A stretch of 64,000 bases of DNA, from the NCBI GenBank assembly GCA_044229975.1, contig JBGARZ010000005.1, positions 1 to 64,000 on the forward strand, in the 5' to 3' direction. Below the pieces are notes generated by a model. The model was not told the DNA's origin. It saw only the letters and a list, made by a program, of their open reading frames with translations, and searched no databases. The translations under genes were made by a program, and so were the position numbers. Of this stretch, positions 18,915 through 28,611 are shown in pieces. The stretch comes from Polyangiales bacterium. Its GTDB lineage: Bacteria > Myxococcota_A > Polyangia > Polyangiales > Ga0077539. Every line of letters starts with the position of its first letter. Positions within the stretch are counted from its first letter, which is position 1.

Positions 18915-20672
18915 ATGAAGAGGCTGTTGGCGGCCGGTGCATTCATGACCTTGTTCGTCGGCTGCGGCGGCGACACGGCGACCCCGACCCCAACGCCCTC
19001 GTGCGTGCCCGACCGCGCCGTGTGGGACGCCTCGATGCGCGCCACCGTCGAGCGCTCGTGCGGCGCCTGTCACGGCGCGACGCCCAACTACGGCGCGCCG
19101 TACTCGCTGCTCGACTACGACTTCATCACCCGACCGATGGGCGCGCAGCGACCCGTCGACCGGATGCACGCGCGGCTCATGGACGGCACCATGCCGCCCG
19201 CCGGGACGCCCGCCCCGACCTTCGCCGACTCGCAGAGCATCGTGAACTGGGCCTCCTGCGGCACGCGCACGCTCGTCGACGACAACCGCCTGCGCTCGAC
19301 GGCGCCGCTCTTCGTCGCGCCCGCGTCTCCTCCCCCGGGCACCACCTCGATCGAGCTGCGCGCGAGCAACTTCGAGGTGCCCATGGTGAGCGACCGCTAT
19401 CAGTGCTTCGAGTTCACCGACCTGGTGCAGGCCGACCGCTTCGCGCGTCGCTTCGACATCATCCTCGACCACCCCGAGGTGCTGCACCACGTCGTGCTCT
19501 TCAAGGCCATCGGGGCGACCAGCGAGGGGCAGAGCTACGAGTGCCAGGGCTCGCCGCCGGACACGCTCTACACGTACACCTGGGCGCCGGGGCAGGACGC
19601 GTTGCAGTTCCCTGAAGGGGGGCTGCGCATCCGGCCGAGCGACCGGTACATCCTCCAGTTTCACTACAACAACTCGCGCAACCTCGCGGGCATCCGCGAC
19701 CGCTCGGGCGTGCGCCTCTCCGTCGGCGAGGCGACGGGCACCGAGTACGGCATGGTGGCCATCGGCCCGCTGGGCTTCTCCATCCCCGCGCGCTCGCAGC
19801 AGCGCGTCGCGAGCGCCTGCACGCTCCCGGCGGGGACGCGGCTGCTCGCGTCGATGCCGCACATGCACGAGGTCGGCAGCGGCTACGAGCAGACGCTGCT
19901 GCGCGGCGGCGCGCGCACGCCCATCATCGGCATCACCAACTGGCAGTTCGAGTCGCAGTACTTCTACGAGCACTCGCTGACCATCCAGGCGGGCGATCGC
20001 ATCGAGACGGCGTGCACGTTCAACAACACCACGAGCCGCGTGGTGACCAACGGGTCGCGCACCACCGACGAGATGTGCTTCGGGTTCACCTACGTGACGC
20101 CGCCGCCGCCGTCGGAGTACTGCAACGAGCCGCTGGTGCCGACGATGCCCACCACCGACCTGGCGTACACGCCGGGGATGTGTTCGCCGGCCGACGCGCC
20201 GCGCACGCTGCCGCTGGTGACGGGCGGGCTGCGCGTGGGGACGCCCGAAGCGCTGGCGGGTGGGACCATCCCCGACGCTCGCTGGGAGCTCTCGAACATC
20301 GAGTACCTGCTCAACATGACGATGACGCCCTTCGGCAACATCGACGCGATGGCCTCGACGCTCCACGGCCGCGGCCAGGTGTGGACGAGCGCCGGGCGGG
20401 TGCGCGCCGACATCGTCGGGGCGATGGGCCTGGTGCTCTCGATCGGCACGCGCATCGACCGCGCGCTGCCGCAGATCAACTTCAACAGCACCTACACGGC
20501 GTCGGGCAGCACCATGACGCTCACTACCGAGTGCACGTCGGGCGCCGCGGCGCAGACGCCGACGATGCTCAACTACGAGGTGCGCGGCGACGACCTCATC
20601 GTGGGCCTGGCCGGTCAGAGCCTCGGATCGGTGACCATCTCGCCGCGGTACACCTTCCACCGGGTGCCGTAG
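18915..20672 (+). CDS. Lipoprotein with c-type heme domain and copper type II (PHM/DBH-like) monooxygenase domains
   Basis: Lipobox FVGC; CGACH...MPP; HHV, QFHY, PHMH and DEMC copper-ligand motifs; RBS GAGGAG. Confidence 0.8.
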   Translation: MKRLLAAGAFMTLFVGCGGDTATPTPTPSCVPDRAVWDASMRATVERSCGACHGATPNYGAPYSLLDYDFITRPMGAQRPVDRMHARLMDGTMPPAGTPAPTFADSQSIVNWASCGTRTLVDDNRLRSTAPLFVAPASPPPGTTSIELRASNFEVPMVSDRYQCFEFTDLVQADRFARRFDIILDHPEVLHHVVLFKAIGATSEGQSYECQGSPPDTLYTYTWAPGQDALQFPEGGLRIRPSDRYILQFHYNNSRNLAGIRDRSGVRLSVGEATGTEYGMVAIGPLGFSIPARSQQRVASACTLPAGTRLLASMPHMHEVGSGYEQTLLRGGARTPIIGITNWQFESQYFYEHSLTIQAGDRIETACTFNNTTSRVVTNGSRTTDEMCFGFTYVTPPPPSEYCNEPLVPTMPTTDLAYTPGMCSPADAPRTLPLVTGGLRVGTPEALAGGTIPDARWELSNIEYLLNMTMTPFGNIDAMASTLHGRGQVWTSAGRVRADIVGAMGLVLSIGTRIDRALPQINFNSTYTASGSTMTLTTECTSGAAAQTPTMLNYEVRGDDLIVGLAGQSLGSVTISPRYTFHRVP

Positions 20673-20777
20673 CGGCGCGGCGTCACTCGTCGTCGCGCTC
20701 GCGGCGTCGTCGGTACGCCATCCAGGCGAAGCTTACGCGATGAGCCCCGAGACGGACGCCGTCGAGTGCCGCAAACC

Positions 20778-20951
20778 GATCTCGACCCGATGTCGAGGGT
20801 GGTATCCGGTCACTCAAACCAATCTCCACCCGGTCCCGATACCGGTCCACCATCGGTTCCAATCAATCTCCACCCGGTGTCGACACTGGTCCACCATCGG
20901 TTCCAACCAATCTCCACCCGGTGTCGACACTGGTCCACGAATGGTTTGACC
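20778..20951. repeat. Non-coding 44-bp tandem repeat array (about 4 copies)
   Basis: Unit AATCTCCACCCGGTGTCGACACTGGTCCACCATCGGTTCCAACC starts at 20821, 20865 and 20909; degenerate copy at 20778. Confidence 0.88.
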
Positions 20952-21181
20952 AACCCCATCAGCCCTTACGGCCCCAGCCGAAACGTCGCTCCCATCAGAA
21001 CCGAGTGCCGCACGTACTCCTGGTCGCCCGACTCCGCATCGCTCGCTTACCCCAACCCCTGCCCCACCTGCGACGTCGGCCAGTCTAGAGCGGGGTTCAC
21101 CGGCGTCCATCACCGCGACGATTGGCCGCGCCCCCGCGGCGATTGACCCCCCGCGGTCACCCCACTAGGGTCCGACCCGAC

Positions 21182-23848
21182 ATGGAGACTTCCTCGTACG
21201 ACGCGGGCATCCCGGCCTTCGGAACCGGCGTTCTCTACGCGTTTCTGGTGACGGCGGCGGTGTCGCTCTGCCTCGGCGTGCTCGCGGGCACCGACCGTCG
21301 CGGCGCCGCCCCCCGCCTCCTGCGCGCGGCCCGTCTGTCCGCCCTCGGCACCTGCGCCCTCGTCGGACTCGACGTGATGCTGCTGCTGTACGCCTTCCTC
21401 TCGCACGACTTCCGTCTCCGGTACGTCGCCCACTACTCCGACCGCTCGATGCCGACACACTACCTGGTCACCGCCCTCTGGGGCGGCCAGGACGGCTCGC
21501 TCCTGTGGTGGACCTTCCTGCTCTCCATCTACACCAGCGTGTGCGTGCTCACGCTGCGCGCCCGCCACAAGGAGCTCGCCCCGTGGGTCATCTCGACCCT
21601 CATGGGCGTCATCGTCTTCTTCGGCATCTTGATGGCGTGGGCGGCCAACCCCTTCTCCGCCAGCTTCGTGGGCGCGCCCTCCGAAGGCGAAGGGCTCAAC
21701 CCCTCGCTCCAGAACTTCTACATGGCCATCCACCCGCCCTCCCTCTACATCGGGTTCGTCGGGTGCGCGGTGCCCTTCGCGTGGGCCGTCGCCGCGCTCG
21801 TCACCGGGCGCCTCGGCGAAGAATGGACCGTCGCCGCGCGCCGCTGGGTGCTCTTCGCGTGGATGTTCTTGAGCATCGGCAACGTGCTCGGGATGCTGTG
21901 GGCCTACGAAGAGCTCGGCTGGGGCGGCTTCTGGGCGTGGGACCCGGTCGAAAACGCCGCGTGCCTCCCGTGGTGGACCCTCACCGCCTACCTCCACTCG
22001 GTGATGATCCAGGAGAAGCGCGGCATCTTGAAGGTCTGGAACGTTGCCCTCCTCCTCTTCTCCTTCTTCCTCACCATCTTCGGGACGTTCCTCACGCGCT
22101 CGGGGCTCATCTCCAGCGTGCACTCCTTCGCGCAGAGCGGCATCGGCATCTACTTCGTGTGGTTCATGGGCTTCCTGGCCCTGTTCACCGTCGGGCTCGT
22201 GGTGTGGCGACTGCCGCTGCTCCGGAAGGCCGCCGAGATCGACGCGCTGCTCTCCCGCGAGGCGATGTTCGTCGCCAACAACTGGATGCTCCTCGGCATC
22301 TGCGTGTTCATCGCGCTCGCCACGACGTGGCCCAAGGTGAGCGAGTGGCTCTGGGACGAGCGCCTCACCGTCGGCGCCACCTTCTACAACGCGTGGCTCG
22401 CCCCGGTGGCCGTCGCACTCCTCCTGGTGATGGCCGTCGGCGTGCTCACGCCGTGGCGCAAGGGCTCGACCGACCTGCTCCTCAAGAACTTCCGCGGCCC
22501 CCTCGTGGCGGGCCTCGGCGCGGGCCTCGCGCACGCCGTCTTCGGCCGCGCCATCGGCTTCCCCGCGGTGGTGAGCATCGCGCCGATCTACGACGTGGTG
22601 ACGCGCGTCCACCTCGGCCCGCTGACCCTCGGGCACATCAACGTCGGTCGCACCGTGGCCTGGCTCGACGGGCACCTGCCCGCGGTGGCCACCGGGCTCG
22701 TGGCGCTCAACGTCGCCGCGCTCGCCCAGGAGTACTGGCGCGGGACGCGGGCGCGCATGGCCTCCAAGAGCGAGTCGGCCCCGGTGGCGCTCACCCGCCT
22801 CGTCGGCAAGAACCGCCGACGCTACGGCGGGTACATCGCGCACCTGGGCTTTGTGCTGATGATGGCCGGCTGGGTCGGCGCCGCGTACCGCCAGGAGGTC
22901 GAGGCCGTCGTGTCGCCGGGCGAGAGCTTCCGGCTGGGTCACTACACGCTCCGCTACGACGGCCCCGAGATGCGCCGTGACATCACCAAGCGGGAGATCC
23001 ACGCGAAGGTGACCGTCCTGCGCGACGGACGCTTCTTCGCGCGGGTGAGCCCGGCGCGCTTCATCTACACGGCGCGACCCGACCAGCCGACGAGCGAGGT
23101 GAGCATCACGTCGGGCCTGCGCGAAGACCTCTACGTGGTCATGAACACCATCGACCCGCAGACGCGCGTCGCCCACCTCAAGGCCTTCGTGAACCCCCTC
23201 ACCCTCTGGATCTGGCTCGGCGGCGTCATCGTCGTCCTCGGCGTCGTCGTCGCCATGTGGCCCGACGCGTCGAAGGCCGCCGCGCGCGCCACGCGCCCAT
23301 CGAGCGCCCGCCCGCTCTCCCTCGCCGGGCAAAACACCCTCCTCACGGTCGCCTTCCTCGCGGGGGCGACCGTGCTCGTCGCGACGTCGAGCGCGCAGGC
23401 CCAGCACCAGATGACGCCGTCGTCGGTGGCCAGCGCCCGCCAGTCGACGCCCGCCGAGCGCCGGGTGTTCTCGCAGCTCCGGTGCATGTGCGGCGGGTGC
23501 GCGCGCGAGCCGCTCTCGACGTGCACCTGCGGCGTGGCCGACGCCCAGCGGCAGCGCATCGGCGAGCGCATGGCGCGCGGCGACGACCCCCGCGCGATCA
23601 TCGACGACTACGTGCGGGTGTACGGAACGGAGTCGCTGGAGGTTCCGCCCGACCGCGGGGCCAACAAGGCGCTGTACATCGTGCCGGTGGCGACGATGGT
23701 GGCGGGCGCGGGCCTCGCGGTTAGCCTGGTGCGCCGCTGGGCGAAGCGTCCGGTGGAGTCGAAGCCCGTCGAGGCGAAGACCGAGACGAAGGCCGACACG
23801 GACTACGACGCGCGCATCAACGAGGAGCTGCGGGGCCACGATGAGTGA
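21182..23848 (+). CDS. ccmF: Cytochrome c heme lyase CcmF fused to a C-terminal CcmH-like domain
   Basis: WGGQDGSLLWW, GLNPSLQN, IHPP, WAYEELGWGGFWAWDPVEN and SVHSFA; C-terminal LRCMCGGC...IIDDYVRVYG. Confidence 0.92.
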   Translation: METSSYDAGIPAFGTGVLYAFLVTAAVSLCLGVLAGTDRRGAAPRLLRAARLSALGTCALVGLDVMLLLYAFLSHDFRLRYVAHYSDRSMPTHYLVTALWGGQDGSLLWWTFLLSIYTSVCVLTLRARHKELAPWVISTLMGVIVFFGILMAWAANPFSASFVGAPSEGEGLNPSLQNFYMAIHPPSLYIGFVGCAVPFAWAVAALVTGRLGEEWTVAARRWVLFAWMFLSIGNVLGMLWAYEELGWGGFWAWDPVENAACLPWWTLTAYLHSVMIQEKRGILKVWNVALLLFSFFLTIFGTFLTRSGLISSVHSFAQSGIGIYFVWFMGFLALFTVGLVVWRLPLLRKAAEIDALLSREAMFVANNWMLLGICVFIALATTWPKVSEWLWDERLTVGATFYNAWLAPVAVALLLVMAVGVLTPWRKGSTDLLLKNFRGPLVAGLGAGLAHAVFGRAIGFPAVVSIAPIYDVVTRVHLGPLTLGHINVGRTVAWLDGHLPAVATGLVALNVAALAQEYWRGTRARMASKSESAPVALTRLVGKNRRRYGGYIAHLGFVLMMAGWVGAAYRQEVEAVVSPGESFRLGHYTLRYDGPEMRRDITKREIHAKVTVLRDGRFFARVSPARFIYTARPDQPTSEVSITSGLREDLYVVMNTIDPQTRVAHLKAFVNPLTLWIWLGGVIVVLGVVVAMWPDASKAAARATRPSSARPLSLAGQNTLLTVAFLAGATVLVATSSAQAQHQMTPSSVASARQSTPAERRVFSQLRCMCGGCAREPLSTCTCGVADAQRQRIGERMARGDDPRAIIDDYVRVYGTESLEVPPDRGANKALYIVPVATMVAGAGLAVSLVRRWAKRPVESKPVEAKTETKADTDYDARINEELRGHDE

Positions 23849-24449
23849 CGCGCAGGAGCCGACGATGCGCTACACGGCGGCGATCGCGGCCGCGGTGGTG
23901 ATCGTCGTCGCGGTGCCCGTCGGGATCGTGAAGGGCGCGCCCGCGGTGGTGCTGTGGCTGGCGTTCACGATGCTGTCGGGGGCGGTGCTGCTCTTCTGGG
24001 AGACGCTGCGGCTGGTGCTCGACCCGTCGCAGCCGGGGGACGCCGACGAGGGCGACGACGACGGCGCGGCGCTGGGCGCGCTGGAGTCCCGCAAGCGGGC
24101 GGCGTTGCAGGCGCTGCGCGACCTGGAGTTCGAGCGCTCCATCGGGCGCATCGGCGAGGAGGACCACCACGCGCTGGAGGCGAGGTACCGCGCCGAGGCC
24201 CGCGATGCGATGAAGGCCATCGACGAGGGCATCGGACCGTGGCGCGCGAGGGCCGAGGCGATGCTGGCCGAGGCCGAGGGAAGCGCCCCCGCCAAGACGC
24301 AGACCATCGATGCGCCGACCGGGGCATCGACCGAGGCGAAGGCCGCGGGCGTGTGCCCGAAGTGCGAGACGAACAACGACGACGACGCGGTGTTCTGCAA
24401 GCGATGCGGTCACCGGATGAAGGAGGAGGTCGGCGATGCGACGGCCTGA
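23841..24449 (+). CDS. CcmI-like membrane protein with C-terminal zinc ribbon
   Basis: LRDLEFERSIGRI...YRAEA; CPKC...FCKRCG; overlaps the ccmF stop. Confidence 0.7.
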   Translation: MSDAQEPTMRYTAAIAAAVVIVVAVPVGIVKGAPAVVLWLAFTMLSGAVLLFWETLRLVLDPSQPGDADEGDDDGAALGALESRKRAALQALRDLEFERSIGRIGEEDHHALEARYRAEARDAMKAIDEGIGPWRARAEAMLAEAEGSAPAKTQTIDAPTGASTEAKAAGVCPKCETNNDDDAVFCKRCGHRMKEEVGDATA

Positions 24450-25785
24450 GCTTCGCGCGATGGCGCTGGTGCTGCTCGCGGCCGCCTCGGCGCAGGCGCA
24501 GGACGCCGCGGTCGCCGGTGATGCTGAGGTGCGGGTGGCGCCGCCGGGTCCGGTCGATCCGACGCAGCCGCTGCCGCCGGGGCACCCGTCGATGGGCGCG
24601 GGCGGGGGCGATCCGCACATGGGTGGCAGCGCGGCGGTCAACCGCGCGGCGATGCCGCAGTCGTTCTCGGAGGAGACGCCGGGCATCCCCGAGGGCAGCG
24701 TGCACGTGCGCGTGGTCGACAGCCGCGGGACCCCGGTGGAGGGCGCGACGGTGCGGCTCGGGGCGATGCGCGAGGGCGAGCGCGACACGCCGCGTGAGGC
24801 GCGCACCGGGAGCGACGGCGTGGCCCGCTTCGAGGGGCTCACGACGGGCGGCAACGTGGCGTACCGCGCGAGCACCGAGCTCGACGGGGCGAAGTTCGGG
24901 GCGCTGCCCTTCCAGCTCGCGCGCAGCGCCGGGCAGCGGGTGCAGCTCGTGCGCTTCGACGTCGAGCACGAGGGCCGCGGGGTGTTGCTCTGGGACAGCC
25001 GCACCGAGATGCGCTTCCGCGACGACCGCTTGCTCGTGGTGCAGCGGCTGCGGCTGGCCAACCTGTCGGCGCTCGCGCTCGGCGACGAGCAGCCGACGCC
25101 GCGGGCGTACGTTCCGCGCGAGGGGCTACGCTTCGAGCTGCCGCCGGGCTACACGGCCTTCACGTCGCAGCCGACCATGGACGACGTGCGCATCGTCACC
25201 GAAGGCGACGTGGCGATCTTGCGGGGGAGCATTCCGCCGACGCTCGACCAGCCCATCGAGGTGGTGTTTCAGTTTCAGGTGAAGCTGAGCGGCGGGGACG
25301 TCGCGCTGCGCATCGGCATGCCGCTGCCGGTGGTCAACTCGCTCGTCGCCATCGAGGCGCCGCGCGGTCTCGCCATGTCCGTCGCAGGCATGCCGGCCGC
25401 CGAGGAGCGCGACTCCCACGGCGAGAAGATCCTCCTCACGGGCCTGTCACGACAGCCCACCGACGCGCCGCTGCGGGCGCTCGACATCCGGCTGACGGGC
25501 ATCCCCTCGCCCGCGGGTCCTGCGCGCACCGTGGCCACGGGCACGATGGCGCTGCTCGTCGTCGGTGGTCTCTACGCGGGCCTGCGCCGCGGCAATACGA
25601 CGACGGGCAAGCGCACGAAGGCGGACATCGAGGCCGAGCGCGACCGGGTGCTCGCCGAGGCGAGCGAGCTGTCACGGAGGCACGCGGCGGGCGACGTGGG
25701 CCCGGTCACCTACGCGCGACGCAAGCGCGAGCTGACCGAGTGGCTCTCGACGCTGCTGCGCGAGCTCGACGAGGCGAGCGCGTAG
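24436..25785 (+). CDS. Secreted carboxypeptidase-regulatory-like domain protein with C-terminal TM (ccm operon-associated)
   Basis: Signal peptide AQA-Q; LPPGHP motif; RVVD.RGTPVEGATV...TGSDGVARF; overlaps the upstream gene. Confidence 0.7.
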   Translation: MRRPELRAMALVLLAAASAQAQDAAVAGDAEVRVAPPGPVDPTQPLPPGHPSMGAGGGDPHMGGSAAVNRAAMPQSFSEETPGIPEGSVHVRVVDSRGTPVEGATVRLGAMREGERDTPREARTGSDGVARFEGLTTGGNVAYRASTELDGAKFGALPFQLARSAGQRVQLVRFDVEHEGRGVLLWDSRTEMRFRDDRLLVVQRLRLANLSALALGDEQPTPRAYVPREGLRFELPPGYTAFTSQPTMDDVRIVTEGDVAILRGSIPPTLDQPIEVVFQFQVKLSGGDVALRIGMPLPVVNSLVAIEAPRGLAMSVAGMPAAEERDSHGEKILLTGLSRQPTDAPLRALDIRLTGIPSPAGPARTVATGTMALLVVGGLYAGLRRGNTTTGKRTKADIEAERDRVLAEASELSRRHAAGDVGPVTYARRKRELTEWLSTLLRELDEASA

Positions 25786-25792
25786 CGAGGCC

Positions 25793-27406
25793 TCACCCAC
25801 CGTCGTTGTCGAACACCACCGCGAGCGCGCGACCACACACCAGCACCAGCGCTGCCATCGCGAGCCCCGTCGCCGCGCCCGACAGACCGGCGCCGCCGCC
25901 GTTGACGCCGCACACGATCGCCCAGGCCGCGAGCAGCACCGTCACCGACGTCGCCGCCCAGCGCGCCGAAGTGCCCAGCGCCACCGCGCCCATGATGAGC
26001 GCCGGCACCGAGCCGTAGGACCAAGGCGCCCCGACGCCGCCCGGCATCAGCGTCGCTCCGACGGTGAGCGCGATGCCCGGGACCAGCAGCATCCGTCGCA
26101 GTCCGAGGCGATCACCGGACACCCACGCCCCGGCGGGGAAGAGCACCAGCGCGCCCGTCAGCACGGCCGCCCCGACGCGGGAGAGCGACGCGATGGAGAG
26201 CGCCTCCTGCGCGAGCGCGGGCAGCGCGACCAGCAGGAGCAGCAGCGCTCGCATGGACAGGGCGCCGAAGCGCGCGAGCAGCATGAGGGCCGCAGCGCCC
26301 GCGGCCGCGCGGAGGGCGACGGCCATCGGGGCCGACCGCAACGCGACGGCGGCCGAGAGCACCAGCAGGGCGCCGCCGATGGCCCACCAGCCGAAGCTGC
26401 GGGTGACGGGCGGCGTGGCACGGCGCGAGGGCGGCGCGCGCAGCGGGGTGTAGGCCGAGAGCTGCGAGGCCCGCACCATGGACTCGTCGACGAGGGGCTC
26501 GTCGCCCTCCAGCACGAAGGCGGGCGGACGTCGCGAGGTGATCGCCACCGAGTGATCGTCGGGAGGAGGCGGTTCGTTGGAAGGCGGCGGCCAGGTGGCC
26601 ACGGGGGGCGGCGGTTGCGTGCTGCGCACCAGCGGAAAGGCGTCTTCCTCCTCGGACTCGTCGGAGGGCTCCGGCGCAAACTCGCGCGCCAGGGGCAGTA
26701 CGCCCGCCACCGTCTGGCGAAACGCCGACCGCCCGGACGTGGTGCGGCCCTCGATGGTCGGCGCATCGGCGGCCGGAGGAATCGCGCCAACGGTGGCGAG
26801 CGCGACGGGCGCGGGGCGAGCGGCGACGCCCATCGCCGTGCGTCGAAGCGAGCGCGGGTCGAGCGCGCCCGGCGGCGGGGCGCCGGAGGGGGTGGCGTGG
26901 TCGATGTTCCAGGAGAGCGGGTCGAACTGGGCCGTGGCGCGGAGCGGATCGACCGGCGGCGCGCCGACCCTCGCGGCCGCGGCGGGCGGCGCATCGACCG
27001 CCGGATCGAACGGCATCACCGCGGCGCGGTCGACCCCGAGGGCCATGGTGGAGCGAAGGTTCTGCCGCGCGGCGACGGGCGACGGGACGACCGGAAAACC
27101 CGTGGGCGCGGGCTGCGGCGCGGCGCGGCGGTCGGGCGAGGCCGCGGGGGTGGCGCCTCCGTCGGGGAGGTCCCACCGGTCTTCGGCGGCCTCGCGGGGC
27201 GGTCGGCTCGACAGCGGCGCGAGCGGCGGGCGCGACGACTGCGTGTTGGGCTGGTACGTCTGAAACGAGAACCCCGACAGCGACCGCCGCCGCTTGTTGC
27301 CGAGGGCCGCGCGACAATGCGGACATGCCGCGCCGATGAACCCCTCGGGCAATGGCTGCTGGCACTGTGGACAGGCGTTGCGGACGGTCACACCAACCTC
27401 GGGCAC
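25793..27406 (-). CDS. Hypothetical protein: zinc ribbon, Pro-rich region, multi-TM C-terminus
   Basis: CPQC...CPHC; several hydrophobic helices at the C-terminus; start uncertain. Confidence 0.6.
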   Translation of the reverse strand: MPEVGVTVRNACPQCQQPLPEGFIGAACPHCRAALGNKRRRSLSGFSFQTYQPNTQSSRPPLAPLSSRPPREAAEDRWDLPDGGATPAASPDRRAAPQPAPTGFPVVPSPVAARQNLRSTMALGVDRAAVMPFDPAVDAPPAAAARVGAPPVDPLRATAQFDPLSWNIDHATPSGAPPPGALDPRSLRRTAMGVAARPAPVALATVGAIPPAADAPTIEGRTTSGRSAFRQTVAGVLPLAREFAPEPSDESEEEDAFPLVRSTQPPPPVATWPPPSNEPPPPDDHSVAITSRRPPAFVLEGDEPLVDESMVRASQLSAYTPLRAPPSRRATPPVTRSFGWWAIGGALLVLSAAVALRSAPMAVALRAAAGAAALMLLARFGALSMRALLLLLVALPALAQEALSIASLSRVGAAVLTGALVLFPAGAWVSGDRLGLRRMLLVPGIALTVGATLMPGGVGAPWSYGSVPALIMGAVALGTSARWAATSVTVLLAAWAIVCGVNGGGAGLSGAATGLAMAALVLVCGRALAVVFDNDGG

Positions 27407-27473
27407 GCTCTCGACGATCGCCGCGGCACCTTATCAGACTCTGCGAAGCTGCCTGCGGAGTACCGACCCGACA

Positions 27474-28514
27474 TCACCGAACGGTCTGCTCGGTGCGAAC
27501 CGTTCGTGGCACCCGCGGGCGAATGGCCCCTGCACCCGAGATCATCACGCGGCGCGTGCGTGCGTCGGCCATCTCCGACGGCGACGGGAGCGGTGCGTAC
27601 GGCGGCAGCGACGCCTCGCCCGCGATCTGCGCGAGGCCCGCGAGCAGCTCTGGGAGGCCGGAGACCCGCCGCGGGGGCTGCACCGACACCGCCGCGCGCA
27701 TCGCTGACTCCAGCGCGGTGCCCAGGTCGGGCGCCGCGAACTCCGCCGACGAAGCCCGCGCCGGGTCGCCCGTGAGCAGCTCCGAGGCGAGGGCCCCGAG
27801 CGCGAAGAGGTCGGCGCCCGCGTTGACCTTGCGACCGGCGCGCAGCTCGGGGGCGATGTACGGCCACACTTCTGGAGCGCCCTCGACGCGCTCGACGAAG
27901 CGGCGCGGCGGCAGTGATGCTGCGAGGCCCGGGTCGAGCAGCACCACGGCGTCGGCGGTGACGGCGATGTTCTCGGGGTACACGGCCCCGTGGGAGGCCA
28001 TCGCGTGCAATCCCCGCAGGGCGTCCGCGGCGCCGCGCAACACGCCCAGCACCTGGTCGCGCTCCAGCCGACGGTCGGCCGCCCGGTACGCGCGAACGAT
28101 GGACCGCAGCGACGCGCCGTACACCCACGCCGAGGCCACGAAGACCACCTCGCGATCGATGCCGACCTCGACGGGCAGGGCCGCGCACGCGAGCGTGCGA
28201 CCCGCGAGCTGGCTGTAGAGGTCGACAAACTCCCGCCGCTCGGTCTCACCCGGAAAGAGCGCGGCGGGCAGCACCTTCACGGCCATGGTCCGGCCGCCCG
28301 GATCGCGCGCCCGGTAGGTGGTGCCGAGGGGGCCGGATCCGTGGGCTTCGATGATGCGGTAGCGCCCGACGACCTGATCGCCCGAGGCGTAGGGAGAGGG
28401 CGGCCGCGCGAGGGTCTCGACGGGCGCGTCGCCGAGCTTCACCACCGGCGTCCCGCATCGCGGGCAGAGCCGCATGGTGGACGTCACGCGGCTCTGGCAG
28501 TGGGTGCAGCGCAT
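27474..28514 (-). CDS. Zinc-ribbon Ser/Thr kinase-like protein (probable pseudokinase)
   Basis: CTHC/CPRC; AVK, YIAPE and ADLFALG retained; catalytic loop is HGAVYPENI and DFG is DPG. Confidence 0.75.
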   Translation of the reverse strand: MRCTHCQSRVTSTMRLCPRCGTPVVKLGDAPVETLARPPSPYASGDQVVGRYRIIEAHGSGPLGTTYRARDPGGRTMAVKVLPAALFPGETERREFVDLYSQLAGRTLACAALPVEVGIDREVVFVASAWVYGASLRSIVRAYRAADRRLERDQVLGVLRGAADALRGLHAMASHGAVYPENIAVTADAVVLLDPGLAASLPPRRFVERVEGAPEVWPYIAPELRAGRKVNAGADLFALGALASELLTGDPARASSAEFAAPDLGTALESAMRAAVSVQPPRRVSGLPELLAGLAQIAGEASLPPYAPLPSPSEMADARTRRVMISGAGAIRPRVPRTVRTEQTVR

Positions 28515-28611
28515 CGACACCGATGGACGCGACGCTAACACGCGACGACGCCAGCGCGGCGCTTGACGGGCCGGGCGACCCCGTGCGACCCGGTCAGCAC
28601 CGATGCGTTCC

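Noticed and set aside
20673..21180. Short ORFs around the 44-bp array, and possible minus-strand gene remnants (FAWMAYRRRRERDDE*, EYVRHSVLMGATFRLGP*)
   Set aside because: ORFs crossing the array shift frame every unit. The remnants are too short and interrupted to assign without a search.
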